Source of the DNA: an uncultured Actinomycetes bacterium
GTDB taxonomy: Bacteria; Actinomycetota; Coriobacteriia; Anaerosomatales; PHET01
Assembly: GCA_963702525.1 (NCBI GenBank)
Contig: CAVPCY010000013.1
Span: 57,616 to 121,615 of the forward strand
Direction: 5' to 3'
Length of the DNA stretch: 64,000 nucleotides
Position 1 is the first letter of the stretch; each line of letters opens with the position of its first letter. Shown here piece after piece: positions 6,942-14,455 of this stretch. The notes beneath the pieces were generated by a model. It was not told the origin of the DNA, made no database searches, and saw only the letters and a program-made list of their open reading frames with translations. The position numbers were made by a program, and so were the translations under genes.

Positions 6942-8720
6942 GTGTCGCAGAAGAGGATCCTCATCGTTCACGATGACGCGGCGTTCGTCCAGGGCCTCAC
7001 GTCCGGGCTGCAGTTCGCCGCTCCTGGCGTGGATGTCACCAACGCGCTGTCCGCCCCACGCGCTCTCGGGGTCGTCTCGCAGGCGGTTCCCGACGTGATC
7101 GTCGTGGACGCCGAGCTCGTGGGGGTCGACGGCTACGCCCTCACCCACCAGCTCAAAGCCGACCCCAAGACAAAGGAAACGCCCGTCGTCATCGTGAGCC
7201 TTTCGCCCAACGAATCGTCAGCGCTCAAGGCGCGTTCCGCAGGAGCGGCGGCGCACCTGAATGCGAGCGGCCCGATGGATCAGATCGTCTCGAAGGTCGT
7301 GTCGCTTGCTGGAGCCGATCCCGCTGGCGCGCCTGCGGCGGTTCCCGCCGTCGAGCAGGGCTTCGCCGCTCGCGAGCCGATGAGCGCCGTCGCCGCGCCG
7401 GCGTCCATGCAGCCTCCCGCGTCCGTGGCGGCTCCTGCGACGGTTGCCGTGGGTGCGGTGACCGTCCCGGCCGCCGTGGCTACAGCGACCGTACCGGTTG
7501 GTGCGTCCGCCCCTGCCACTGCTGCGTCGGCAGCGCCTCAAGGCTACGGGGCGCCGATGCCGGTGAGTGATGCGACTGCGGTGCCCAAGTACGCACCGTC
7601 CGCGGTCGACATGCCGAAGGTCACAACGGGCTCGGCTCCGGGTGTGTCTGAGATGCCGCACATCGACGAGTTGCTTCGACTGATGCTGCAACGGGGCGGC
7701 TCGGACCTTCATCTGACCGTCGGGAGCCCTCCCGGCATCCGCCAGCGCGGTGACATAGTGCCGGTTGAGGACATGAAGCCGCTCACTCCTCGCGACACCA
7801 TGGAGATGATTCTCGGCCTCCTGTCCGAGGAACAGCGTCGTCGCTTCGAGACCGAACTCGAGCTGGACTTCGCCTACTCGATCCCGGGCGTCTCACGCTT
7901 CCGCGCGAACGTGTTCCAGCAACGCAACTCGATGGGCGCGGTCTTTCGCGTCATCCCAATCAAGATCCCGACGATGGATGACCTGGGTCTGCCCAAGGTC
8001 TGCCGGTTCCTTGCAGACCGCCCACGCGGGTTGGTGCTCGTGACGGGGCCGACCGGTTCCGGCAAGTCCACGACGCTTGCCGCGATGATCGACCACATCA
8101 ACGAGACCCGATCGCACCACATCGTCACCCTCGAAGACCCTATCGAGTTCATGCATCGCAACAAGCAGTGCTTCGTGAACCAGCGTGAGGTGGGCGAGGA
8201 CACACACTCCTTCGCAGCCGCGCTGAAGCGAGTCTTGCGACAGGACCCCGACGTGATCCTCGTTGGCGAGATGCGCGACCTCGAGACCATCTCGGCTGCG
8301 ATCACCGCCGCCGAGACGGGGCACCTGGTGCTTGCGACCCTGCACACCACCGGCGGCCCCGAGACTGTCGACCGCGTCATCGACGTGTTCCCGCCACACC
8401 AGCAGCAGCAGGTGCGCATGCAGTTGTCGAACACGCTGGAGGGCGTGCTGTCGCAGGTCCTCCTGCGCTCCACCGATGGCCGGAGCCGCACGCTCGCCAT
8501 GGAGATCATGCTCGGCATCCCTGCAATCGCCAACCTGATCCGCGAGGGTAAGACCCACCAGATGGAGACAATCATTCAGGGAGGCGCGCAGCTGGGCATG
8601 CAAACGCTCGACCAGCACCTGAAGAATCTGCTGTCCGCGGGGAAGGTGACCTTCGAGGAGGCCATCGGCAAGGCGAAGAACCCGCGCGAGCTGGCTGCAA
8701 TGGTGGGCCGCAAGATATAG
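6942..8720 (+). CDS. pilT: response-regulator receiver domain fused to a PilT-type type IV pilus retraction ATPase
   Basis: ORF 6906..8720. The GTG at 6942 lies 6 nt after GAAGGAGG. Receiver signature: ILIVHDD...VIVVDAEL...VVIVSLS. A ~130-aa Ala/Pro/Val-rich linker follows, then a full-length PilT (GPTGSGKSTTLAAM, DPDVILVGEMRD, AAETGHLV, AIANLIREGK). Confidence 0.85.
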   Translation: MSQKRILIVHDDAAFVQGLTSGLQFAAPGVDVTNALSAPRALGVVSQAVPDVIVVDAELVGVDGYALTHQLKADPKTKETPVVIVSLSPNESSALKARSAGAAAHLNASGPMDQIVSKVVSLAGADPAGAPAAVPAVEQGFAAREPMSAVAAPASMQPPASVAAPATVAVGAVTVPAAVATATVPVGASAPATAASAAPQGYGAPMPVSDATAVPKYAPSAVDMPKVTTGSAPGVSEMPHIDELLRLMLQRGGSDLHLTVGSPPGIRQRGDIVPVEDMKPLTPRDTMEMILGLLSEEQRRRFETELELDFAYSIPGVSRFRANVFQQRNSMGAVFRVIPIKIPTMDDLGLPKVCRFLADRPRGLVLVTGPTGSGKSTTLAAMIDHINETRSHHIVTLEDPIEFMHRNKQCFVNQREVGEDTHSFAAALKRVLRQDPDVILVGEMRDLETISAAITAAETGHLVLATLHTTGGPETVDRVIDVFPPHQQQQVRMQLSNTLEGVLSQVLLRSTDGRSRTLAMEIMLGIPAIANLIREGKTHQMETIIQGGAQLGMQTLDQHLKNLLSAGKVTFEEAIGKAKNPRELAAMVGRKI

Positions 8721-8746
8721 CATCACTTCCGATACCTGGAACCGCC

Positions 8747-8776
8747 AACGACGGGCCCGGCTTCGGGTCCGTCGTT
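8747..8776 (+). terminator. strong hairpin after pilT (terminator-like, no U-tract)
   Basis: A 13-bp stem (AACGACGGGCCCG / CGGGTCCGTCGTT, one G-U pair) with loop GCTT. It ends 4 nt before the ATG at 8781. Confidence 0.45.
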
Positions 8777-8780
8777 ACGT

Positions 8781-9257
8781 ATGGAGGGGTGGGAGTTGGA
8801 CGTCGCGCGAGTGAAATGGACGGGTAAGCGCCAGTTCATCGGGACCGATGGGGCGGGGCACAGCGTCGTCATGGACGCGAAACCCGAGTACAAGGGCGAA
8901 GGGTCCGGGTTCCGGCCCGTCGAGCTTGTGCTTCACGGGCTCGCCGCATGCACCGGCATGGACGTCATCGCCGTCTTGGAGAAGAAGCGACAAGACGTTC
9001 GGGGCCTGGAGATCAATGTCGAAGGTGTCCAGCGTGCCGACGAGTACCCCAAGATCTACACTGACGTGGCGGTCGAGTACGTCGTGACGGGCTACAGCGT
9101 GAAGCCCGAGGCGGTCGCCAGGGCGATCGAGCTGTCCGAGAGCAAGTACTGCTCGGTGAAGGGCATGTTCTCGGAGGAGGTCCGTGTCACCACCTCGTAC
9201 CGAGTGGTCGAGGCTGTTTCGGCCGACACCGCGGTCCCTGATGAGAGTGTCGGGTAG
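8781..9257 (+). CDS. OsmC/Ohr-family peroxiredoxin-like protein
   Basis: Pattern GHSVVMDA...GFRPVELVLHGLAACTGMDV...SKYCSV, with the two conserved Cys. The alternative TTG start at 8796 has a better SD (GGAGG at 8784-8788). Confidence 0.8.
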   Translation: MEGWELDVARVKWTGKRQFIGTDGAGHSVVMDAKPEYKGEGSGFRPVELVLHGLAACTGMDVIAVLEKKRQDVRGLEINVEGVQRADEYPKIYTDVAVEYVVTGYSVKPEAVARAIELSESKYCSVKGMFSEEVRVTTSYRVVEAVSADTAVPDESVG

Positions 9258-9260
9258 CCG

Positions 9261-9956
9261 GTGCGCGACGCGGTCTTGATGCCCGTCTACAACGAGGCGT
9301 CCACAGTCGGCTCGGTGCTAGACGCTGTTCGACGCTACTACTCCGGCGAAGTGATCGTCATAGACGACGGGTCGACGGACGATACCGCTCGCGTGCTCGC
9401 GGCCCGAAGTGACGTGGCGGTCGTCAGACTCGACTGCAACTGCGGCTACGGCTGCGCGCTGCGCATCGGGTTCGACGTCGCACGGGAACTCGGCGTGTCG
9501 CACCTCGTGACCATGGACTGCGATGGGCAGCACGAGCCCGCCCACATCCCGGAGTTCCTGGAGGCGCTCGAAGATGGAGCGGCTATCGTCTCAGGCAGCC
9601 GATACCTGCCCGGGAGCGGTACTTCGGGCACGGTGCCGCCGGCGCGCCGCGAGATCAACGCGCGGGTGACGACTCTGATCAACGCTGTGACCGGATGGGG
9701 GTTGACCGATGCGTTCTGCGGGTTCAAGGCGTATCGTGCCGAGGCTCTCGGGCGACTGGCTCTGACGGAGCCGGGATACGCGATGCCCCTGGAGCTCTGG
9801 GCTAAGGCGTGGCGCGCGGGGCTAACGGTCAGCGAGGTTGCCGTGGAGCGGATCTACTGTGACCGCGACCGGTCGTTCGGGGCATCGCTTGACGATCCCG
9901 AGAAGCGATACGCGTACTATCTCGAAGTCTGGAATCGTGCGCTGGAGGCTGAGTAG
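9261..9956 (+). CDS. family 2 glycosyltransferase (Dpm1/GtrB-like, soluble)
   Basis: The GTG lies 3 nt after the osmC stop. GT2 signatures: LMPVYNE, VIDDGSTD, TMDCDGQH. Confidence 0.8.
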   Translation: MRDAVLMPVYNEASTVGSVLDAVRRYYSGEVIVIDDGSTDDTARVLAARSDVAVVRLDCNCGYGCALRIGFDVARELGVSHLVTMDCDGQHEPAHIPEFLEALEDGAAIVSGSRYLPGSGTSGTVPPARREINARVTTLINAVTGWGLTDAFCGFKAYRAEALGRLALTEPGYAMPLELWAKAWRAGLTVSEVAVERIYCDRDRSFGASLDDPEKRYAYYLEVWNRALEAE

Positions 9957-10646
9957 ATGTCGCACTCGTACGACGCGGTATGCGTGGGCGCCCATCCCGA
10001 CGACGTTGAGATCGGCATGGGTGGCACTATCGCCAAGATGACCGGAGCCGGTCTGAAGGTCGCGATCGTGGACCTCACCAACGGCGAGCCGACGCCGCAT
10101 GGAAGCGTCGAGCAGCGCGCGCTCGAGTCGGCGGCGGCCGCGCAGGTGCTTCGCGCCGAGCGCCGTACGCTGTCTCAGCAGAACCGCTATCTGATGGACA
10201 CGGTCGAGGCGAGGACAGAACTCGCGACCGTGCTCCGGGAGCTTCGACCGCGTCTGCTCTTCGTGCCGTATCCGGTCGACGCACACCCCGATCACGTCGC
10301 CGCGGCGCAGATCGCGTTGGCTGCGCGGTTCTACAGCAAGTTCACCAAGACCAACATGGCCCATGAGCCGTTCTACCCGAGCCGTGTCCTTCGCTACATG
10401 GCGGTGCACCAGCGCATCATCGCCGAGCCGTCGTTCGTCATCGACATCACCGAACAGCTCCAAACCAAGATGGATGCGCTGGGCCGCTACGAGTCCCAGT
10501 TCGTCGTCAACGCCGCCAACGTCGGAATCATGCCGATGATGGAAGCGACGGCGCGGATGTGGGGGAGTCTGGCGAACGTAGAAGCCGGGGAGCCGTTCTT
10601 CGCGCTGGAGACCATAGCGCTGTCGTCTCCCGACGAGATTCTGTAG
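9957..10646 (+). CDS. PIG-L family N-acetylglucosaminyl deacetylase (BshB/MshB-like)
   Basis: The ATG abuts the GT2 stop (TAGATG). The motif VCVGAHPDDVEIGMGGTIAK and a later HPDH are typical of LmbE/PIG-L zinc deacetylases. Confidence 0.8.
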   Translation: MSHSYDAVCVGAHPDDVEIGMGGTIAKMTGAGLKVAIVDLTNGEPTPHGSVEQRALESAAAAQVLRAERRTLSQQNRYLMDTVEARTELATVLRELRPRLLFVPYPVDAHPDHVAAAQIALAARFYSKFTKTNMAHEPFYPSRVLRYMAVHQRIIAEPSFVIDITEQLQTKMDALGRYESQFVVNAANVGIMPMMEATARMWGSLANVEAGEPFFALETIALSSPDEIL

Positions 10647-10655
10647 GGGGCGTAC

Positions 10656-12233
10656 GTGGTAAGGACCCGTCCAACACTCCCGGCAGGACACGGTGAGGTC
10701 GTCGAGCGGCCGGCGTTCGACGAGTGGGCCGCGCTCATGTCGGGGAACCAGTCGCACGCGTTGGGCTGGACGTTCGAGTTCGCGGGGCTCGGGGCGCAGG
10801 AGTTCAGGCGGCAGGCGCGCATGGAGCTGCTGGACGTGGCTGAGGGCTTCTCGGCGAAACTGGGCGTGGATCTGGGCACGCCGGCCCGCGGGCACGGACC
10901 GATGGTGGCTACCGGTCACCAACCCGATCTCTACCACCCGGGGGTGTGGGTCAAGGACTTCCTGCTCGAGCGGCTGGCCCGGGAGGTTGGCGCCGATGCC
11001 GTCGACATCGTGGTCGACTCCGACGGCTTCGACTCGGTGGCGGTCACCTCCCCGTGCATGCAGCCGGGGATCGGCCGGTGCCGTCAGTACCTTGCGGTGG
11101 GCGCGACGGACACAGCGTATGCATTCGCTGCCGTTCCCGACGATGAGGCTTTGGCCGAGTTCTGCGCCTCGGCAGATGAGATGCTCGCGACACTCCCCGC
11201 GCCAGCGGTGGCACGGCATTTCGCGGCGTTCTGCCGCGTGCTGCGTGGTTCAGCTCCCGATTCGGACAACCTGGCCGAACTGATCACCATCGCACGGCGG
11301 CGCTACGAGGCATCGGCTGGGACGAGCTACCTCGAAGCGCCGCTCACACGTGTCGCGGGCACTCGATCGTTCCGGCGGTTCGTGTGCGGCATCGTGCTGG
11401 ATGCGGCGGGCTTCGCCACAGCCTACAACGCGGAGCTCGACCGGTACCGCGCGATCTCCAAGACGCGAAACGTCGCTCAGCCGTTCCCCAACCTCGCGAT
11501 CGGCGAAGGCGGCATCGAGCTGCCGCTGTGGCACTTGGCTCGACACCGCCGGCACAGCGTGTGGGCGAAACCACGACCCGACGGTGGGACGACGGTGCTC
11601 GCCGGCGGCGAGCCGATAGCCGAGTTGCCTGCCGATCGCGAGCGCGCCTTGGCCGCGCTGGAAGCGTCGGACGCTCTCATCGCGCCGAAAGCGCTGGCGC
11701 TCACGTTGTTCGTGCGCCTGTTCTGCTGCGACCTGTTCATCCACGGTGTCGGCGGTGGCCGGTACGACCAGGTCACCGACGGCGTCATCAGACACTACTT
11801 CGGCGTCGAGCCGCCCGCGTTCGTGGTGGCGTCGATGACCATGTACCTCCCGCTCGGTGCGCACGCGGTCACCGATGATGAGGTAGGGGCGGCTCGGGAG
11901 CGCCTCAACCGGCTCGAGCACAACCCCGACGCGCTTCTCGGCGAGGTCGAGTTCGACTCAGATGCCGAGCGCGATCGAGCGGTGGGTCTTGCCGCGGAGA
12001 AGACACGGCTCGTCGAGCAGATCGCGAAGCCAGATGCCGACAAGAAGGCGCTTGGTACATGTATCCGCGAGGTGAACGCTGAGTTGGGGCGCGTACTGGA
12101 GCCGCTCAGGTCGGCATACGAGGCGGAGCTGGGTGCTCTCGAAGCAGCCAAGGCCACGGCGGAGATACTCACAGACCGCACGTATCCCTTCTGCTTCTGG
12201 GACCCCTCCGAGATCGCCGACAAGGTCTGGTAG
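10656..12233 (+). CDS. uncharacterised 525-aa protein, possibly BshC-like (COG4365-type) ligase
   Basis: The GTG lies 9 nt after the PIG-L stop, with an AGGGGG SD. High GC3 throughout. Motifs ATGHQPDLYHPGVWVK and LFIHGVGGGRYDQVTD loosely echo the BshC motifs GGQQxGLxxGPLYxxxK and GGPGExxYW. The C-terminal third is helix-rich. Confidence 0.3.
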   Translation: MVRTRPTLPAGHGEVVERPAFDEWAALMSGNQSHALGWTFEFAGLGAQEFRRQARMELLDVAEGFSAKLGVDLGTPARGHGPMVATGHQPDLYHPGVWVKDFLLERLAREVGADAVDIVVDSDGFDSVAVTSPCMQPGIGRCRQYLAVGATDTAYAFAAVPDDEALAEFCASADEMLATLPAPAVARHFAAFCRVLRGSAPDSDNLAELITIARRRYEASAGTSYLEAPLTRVAGTRSFRRFVCGIVLDAAGFATAYNAELDRYRAISKTRNVAQPFPNLAIGEGGIELPLWHLARHRRHSVWAKPRPDGGTTVLAGGEPIAELPADRERALAALEASDALIAPKALALTLFVRLFCCDLFIHGVGGGRYDQVTDGVIRHYFGVEPPAFVVASMTMYLPLGAHAVTDDEVGAARERLNRLEHNPDALLGEVEFDSDAERDRAVGLAAEKTRLVEQIAKPDADKKALGTCIREVNAELGRVLEPLRSAYEAELGALEAAKATAEILTDRTYPFCFWDPSEIADKVW

Positions 12234-12268
12234 GCGCGTCACGCGCGAACGTGCTCGGGTGTACATGA

Positions 12269-12297
12269 TTGCGGGGTCGCCACAGGCGCGCTATCAT
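12269..12297 (+). promoter_or_regulatory. promoter candidate for the small ferredoxin gene
   Basis: TTGCGG at 12269-12274, a 17-nt spacer, then TATCAT at 12292-12297. Confidence 0.35.
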
Positions 12298-12345
12298 CGT
12301 GCGACCCAAATCGAGCACGGCTGACCCGGGCGAAAGGAACTCACT

Positions 12346-12522
12346 ATGTCGCTGCCTGTCGTTGATCCGAACCTCTGCACGGCGTGCGGTATCTGCGTGG
12401 ACGAGTGCCCGTCGAGCTGCTACGACCTCGAGGACATCGCCAAGCTCAATCGTCCCGATGACTGCACCGAGTGCGGCATCTGCGTGGATTCATGTCCCAA
12501 CGGCTCGATCTCCATGGACTGA
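12346..12522 (+). CDS. 2x[4Fe-4S] ferredoxin, 58 aa (below the ORF-track size cutoff)
   Basis: My translation is MSLPVVDPNLCTACGICVDECPSSCYDLEDIAKLNRPDDCTECGICVDSCPNGSISMD. It has two CxxCxxCxxxCP motifs, an AAAGGA SD, and a hairpin directly downstream. Confidence 0.8.
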   Translation: MSLPVVDPNLCTACGICVDECPSSCYDLEDIAKLNRPDDCTECGICVDSCPNGSISMD

Positions 12523-12547
12523 CGTCGAGCCGGTAGACGTGCGACCG

Positions 12548-12570
12548 AAGGCCGGGCGATGCCCGGCCTT
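12548..12570. terminator. bidirectional hairpin terminator between the ferredoxin gene and plsY
   Basis: A 10-bp stem (AAGGCCGGGC / GCCCGGCCTT) with loop GAT, lying between convergent genes. Confidence 0.6.
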
Positions 12571-12595
12571 CTGCGTCTCGCATCGCCTTGCGGGT

Positions 12596-13306
12596 CTAGC
12601 CGCGGGGCCCCATGCGGTCGTTGACGTAGAGCTTTGGCTCCTTGCCCTGCAGCATCCCCACGAACCGCTTGTGGTGAGCCGCGTAGACGACCGCGCCCAT
12701 CGCGAGCGCGAACGGCCAGTCCGGCGAGCCGAGCAGTATCGCTGCCACGGGCAGCGTGATCGCCGCGGCGACCTGCCCCGCCATCATGTAGCGCGTGAGG
12801 GCGATGACGAGCAGCCCGACCACGACCACCGCGACGAAGTAGCGCCAGTCGTAGGCGAGTAGGGCACCCGCTCCGGTGGCCAGTCCCTTTCCGGTGCGCG
12901 TGAAGTGCCGCTTGATCAGCGCCATCCAGCACGAGTAGTTGTGGCCGAATACGCAGCCCGCCACGGCCGACATCGACATCGCTGCCACGAAGTGGAACTC
13001 CTGACCCATCTCCCAGATCTCGCCGGTCGGCACCACAAGAAGCGCCGGGGCCGTGAACATCAGGGTCTTGGCCGCGGCAACGGGGACAAGTCCCTTGAAA
13101 CCGTCGGCGAGCATGGCGACGACGAACCATCTCCACGACCCCGTTGAACGCCGCACGTTCATCGCGCCCACGTTGCCCGTCCCGTGCTGAGTCACGTCTT
13201 CGCCGGTGACGGCTTTCACGATGATGTAGGCGAAGGGAATCGAGCCCACGAGGTAGGCGAGCAGGAGCGACAGGGGGACCAGGTACCACACGTTCACGTC
13301 AGCCAC
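12596..13306 (-). CDS. plsY: glycerol-3-phosphate acyltransferase PlsY
   Basis: Motifs GSIPFAYII and HGTGNVGAMNV in a multi-TM protein. GTG starts at 13306 or 13297, both next to the upstream stop. The ORF-track start at 13378 is probably an extension. Confidence 0.85.
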   Translation of the reverse strand: MADVNVWYLVPLSLLLAYLVGSIPFAYIIVKAVTGEDVTQHGTGNVGAMNVRRSTGSWRWFVVAMLADGFKGLVPVAAAKTLMFTAPALLVVPTGEIWEMGQEFHFVAAMSMSAVAGCVFGHNYSCWMALIKRHFTRTGKGLATGAGALLAYDWRYFVAVVVVGLLVIALTRYMMAGQVAAAITLPVAAILLGSPDWPFALAMGAVVYAAHHKRFVGMLQGKEPKLYVNDRMGPRG

Positions 13307-14198
13307 CTGCCGGAACGATGCACTCGATGGCCCCCGCCAGCATCGATATCTCGTAGCGGCTCTCCAGAAGGACCTCACCGTCTATCTGCGCAGGGAGGCG
13401 CCTGTCGCAGTCGATGACGAGCGACGAATGGCGCGACATGTGGACCGGCTTCATCTTCGTGTGCTTGCCCGTGACGACGAAGGGGAGGCGCCAGAGTGCC
13501 TCGGGCAGCGAGAGTGGGTCGATCATGCAAACCTCGAACACGCCATCGTCAGGGCGGGCCTGGGGCGTGATGTAGAAACCGCCCCCATAGGTGGGCCCGT
13601 TCGTGACCGCTACGATCAACGTGTCGTGCTTCTCGGCAGCAGATCCGTCGAAAGAGATGTCGAGCGAGAACCCTTCGAGCTCGTTGAAGAGCACGTGCAG
13701 CAGCGCGGTGAGGTAGAGCCACAGTCCGGATCGGTGCTTGGTGACCTTGTACTCGACCGCCTTGGCGGTGACCTTGGCGTCCATGCCCGCCGCGAAGCTG
13801 TTGTTGAAGTAGACGCCGTTGCACAAGCCCACGTCGAAGCGCTTACGCACCCCGGTCGCCAGAGTCAGCGCGGCCTGTGCGAGGTCGTCGGGGACACCGA
13901 GAGTGCGACGGGTGTCGTTGCCCGAGCCGGTGGGCAGGAGGCCGAGGGCAGGACGGCGGGAGGCGTCGATGGCCATGAGTCCGTTGAGCACCTCGTGGAC
14001 GGTCCCGTCACCGCCGGCTGCGACCACGACGTCGTACTCGGTGGCGTCCCGTGCGAGAGCCACTCCATCGCCCATGGCCGAAGTCTGCACCAAGTCGTGC
14101 GGCAGGTTCACGAGCAGCTGCTCGATGATGGGTATGAGCTTGGCGGTTTCGCCATGCTTCGCTTCGGGGTTGGCGATGACCAGTGTCGAGCCGTGCAC
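13299..14198 (-). CDS. diacylglycerol kinase-family lipid kinase (YegS/DagK type)
   Basis: Motifs VVVAAGGDGTVHEVLNGL and LPTGSGND. The GTG at 14198 follows GGGGGAGG. ORF-track codons above 14198 run through the tRNA-Arg gene and are spurious. Confidence 0.85.
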   Translation of the reverse strand: MHGSTLVIANPEAKHGETAKLIPIIEQLLVNLPHDLVQTSAMGDGVALARDATEYDVVVAAGGDGTVHEVLNGLMAIDASRRPALGLLPTGSGNDTRRTLGVPDDLAQAALTLATGVRKRFDVGLCNGVYFNNSFAAGMDAKVTAKAVEYKVTKHRSGLWLYLTALLHVLFNELEGFSLDISFDGSAAEKHDTLIVAVTNGPTYGGGFYITPQARPDDGVFEVCMIDPLSLPEALWRLPFVVTGKHTKMKPVHMSRHSSLVIDCDRRLPAQIDGEVLLESRYEISMLAGAIECIVPAGG

Positions 14199-14311
14199 TG
14201 CTTCTGACCTCCCCCGGGAAAGACGCCGTAGAGCGTGGCAAGCATACCGCAGGCAGAGCCGTGTTGGTCGAGGTTGGCGGGTATGATACAGTGCGTTGCC
14301 GCGCGACGCGT

Positions 14312-14387
14312 GCCCTCTTAGCTCAGTGGATAGAGCGTCTGCCTCCGGAGCAGAAGGTCGCAGGTTCGAATCCTGCAGAGGGCGCCA
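14312..14387 (+). tRNA. tRNA-Arg (anticodon CCG)
   Basis: 76-nt cloverleaf: acceptor GCCCTCT/AGAGGGC, D-arm AGCTCAGTGGATAGAGC, anticodon stem TCTGC/GCAGA with loop CTCCGGA, T-arm GCAGGTTCGAATCCTGC, encoded CCA. Confidence 0.93.
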
Positions 14388-14401
14388 TATCACGACACGA
14401 G

Positions 14402-14437
14402 AAGAGGCCGGGCCCTGACGGGACCGGCCTCTTTCTG
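14402..14437. terminator. hairpin terminator shared by tRNA-Arg (+) and the EF-G paralog (-)
   Basis: A 10-bp stem (AAGAGGCCGG / CCGGCCTCTT) followed by TCTGT on the + strand. Confidence 0.6.
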
Positions 14438-14455
14438 TCTGCGCGAACGGGTTCG

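Noticed and set aside
7300-7660. The Ala/Pro/Val-rich stretch of the REC-PilT gene as a possible separate gene, or a misassembled junction.
   Set aside because: A single uninterrupted frame with uniformly high GC3 connects the receiver, linker and PilT. No internal SD and start combination precedes the PilT domain. Read-level confirmation is still advisable.
14199-14393. 5' extension of the lipid-kinase ORF (MIWRPLQDSNLRPSAPEADALSTELRGH...).
   Set aside because: The peptide is the reverse-strand translation of the tRNA-Arg gene (14312-14387). The real start is the GTG at 14198, which has a GGGGGAGG SD.
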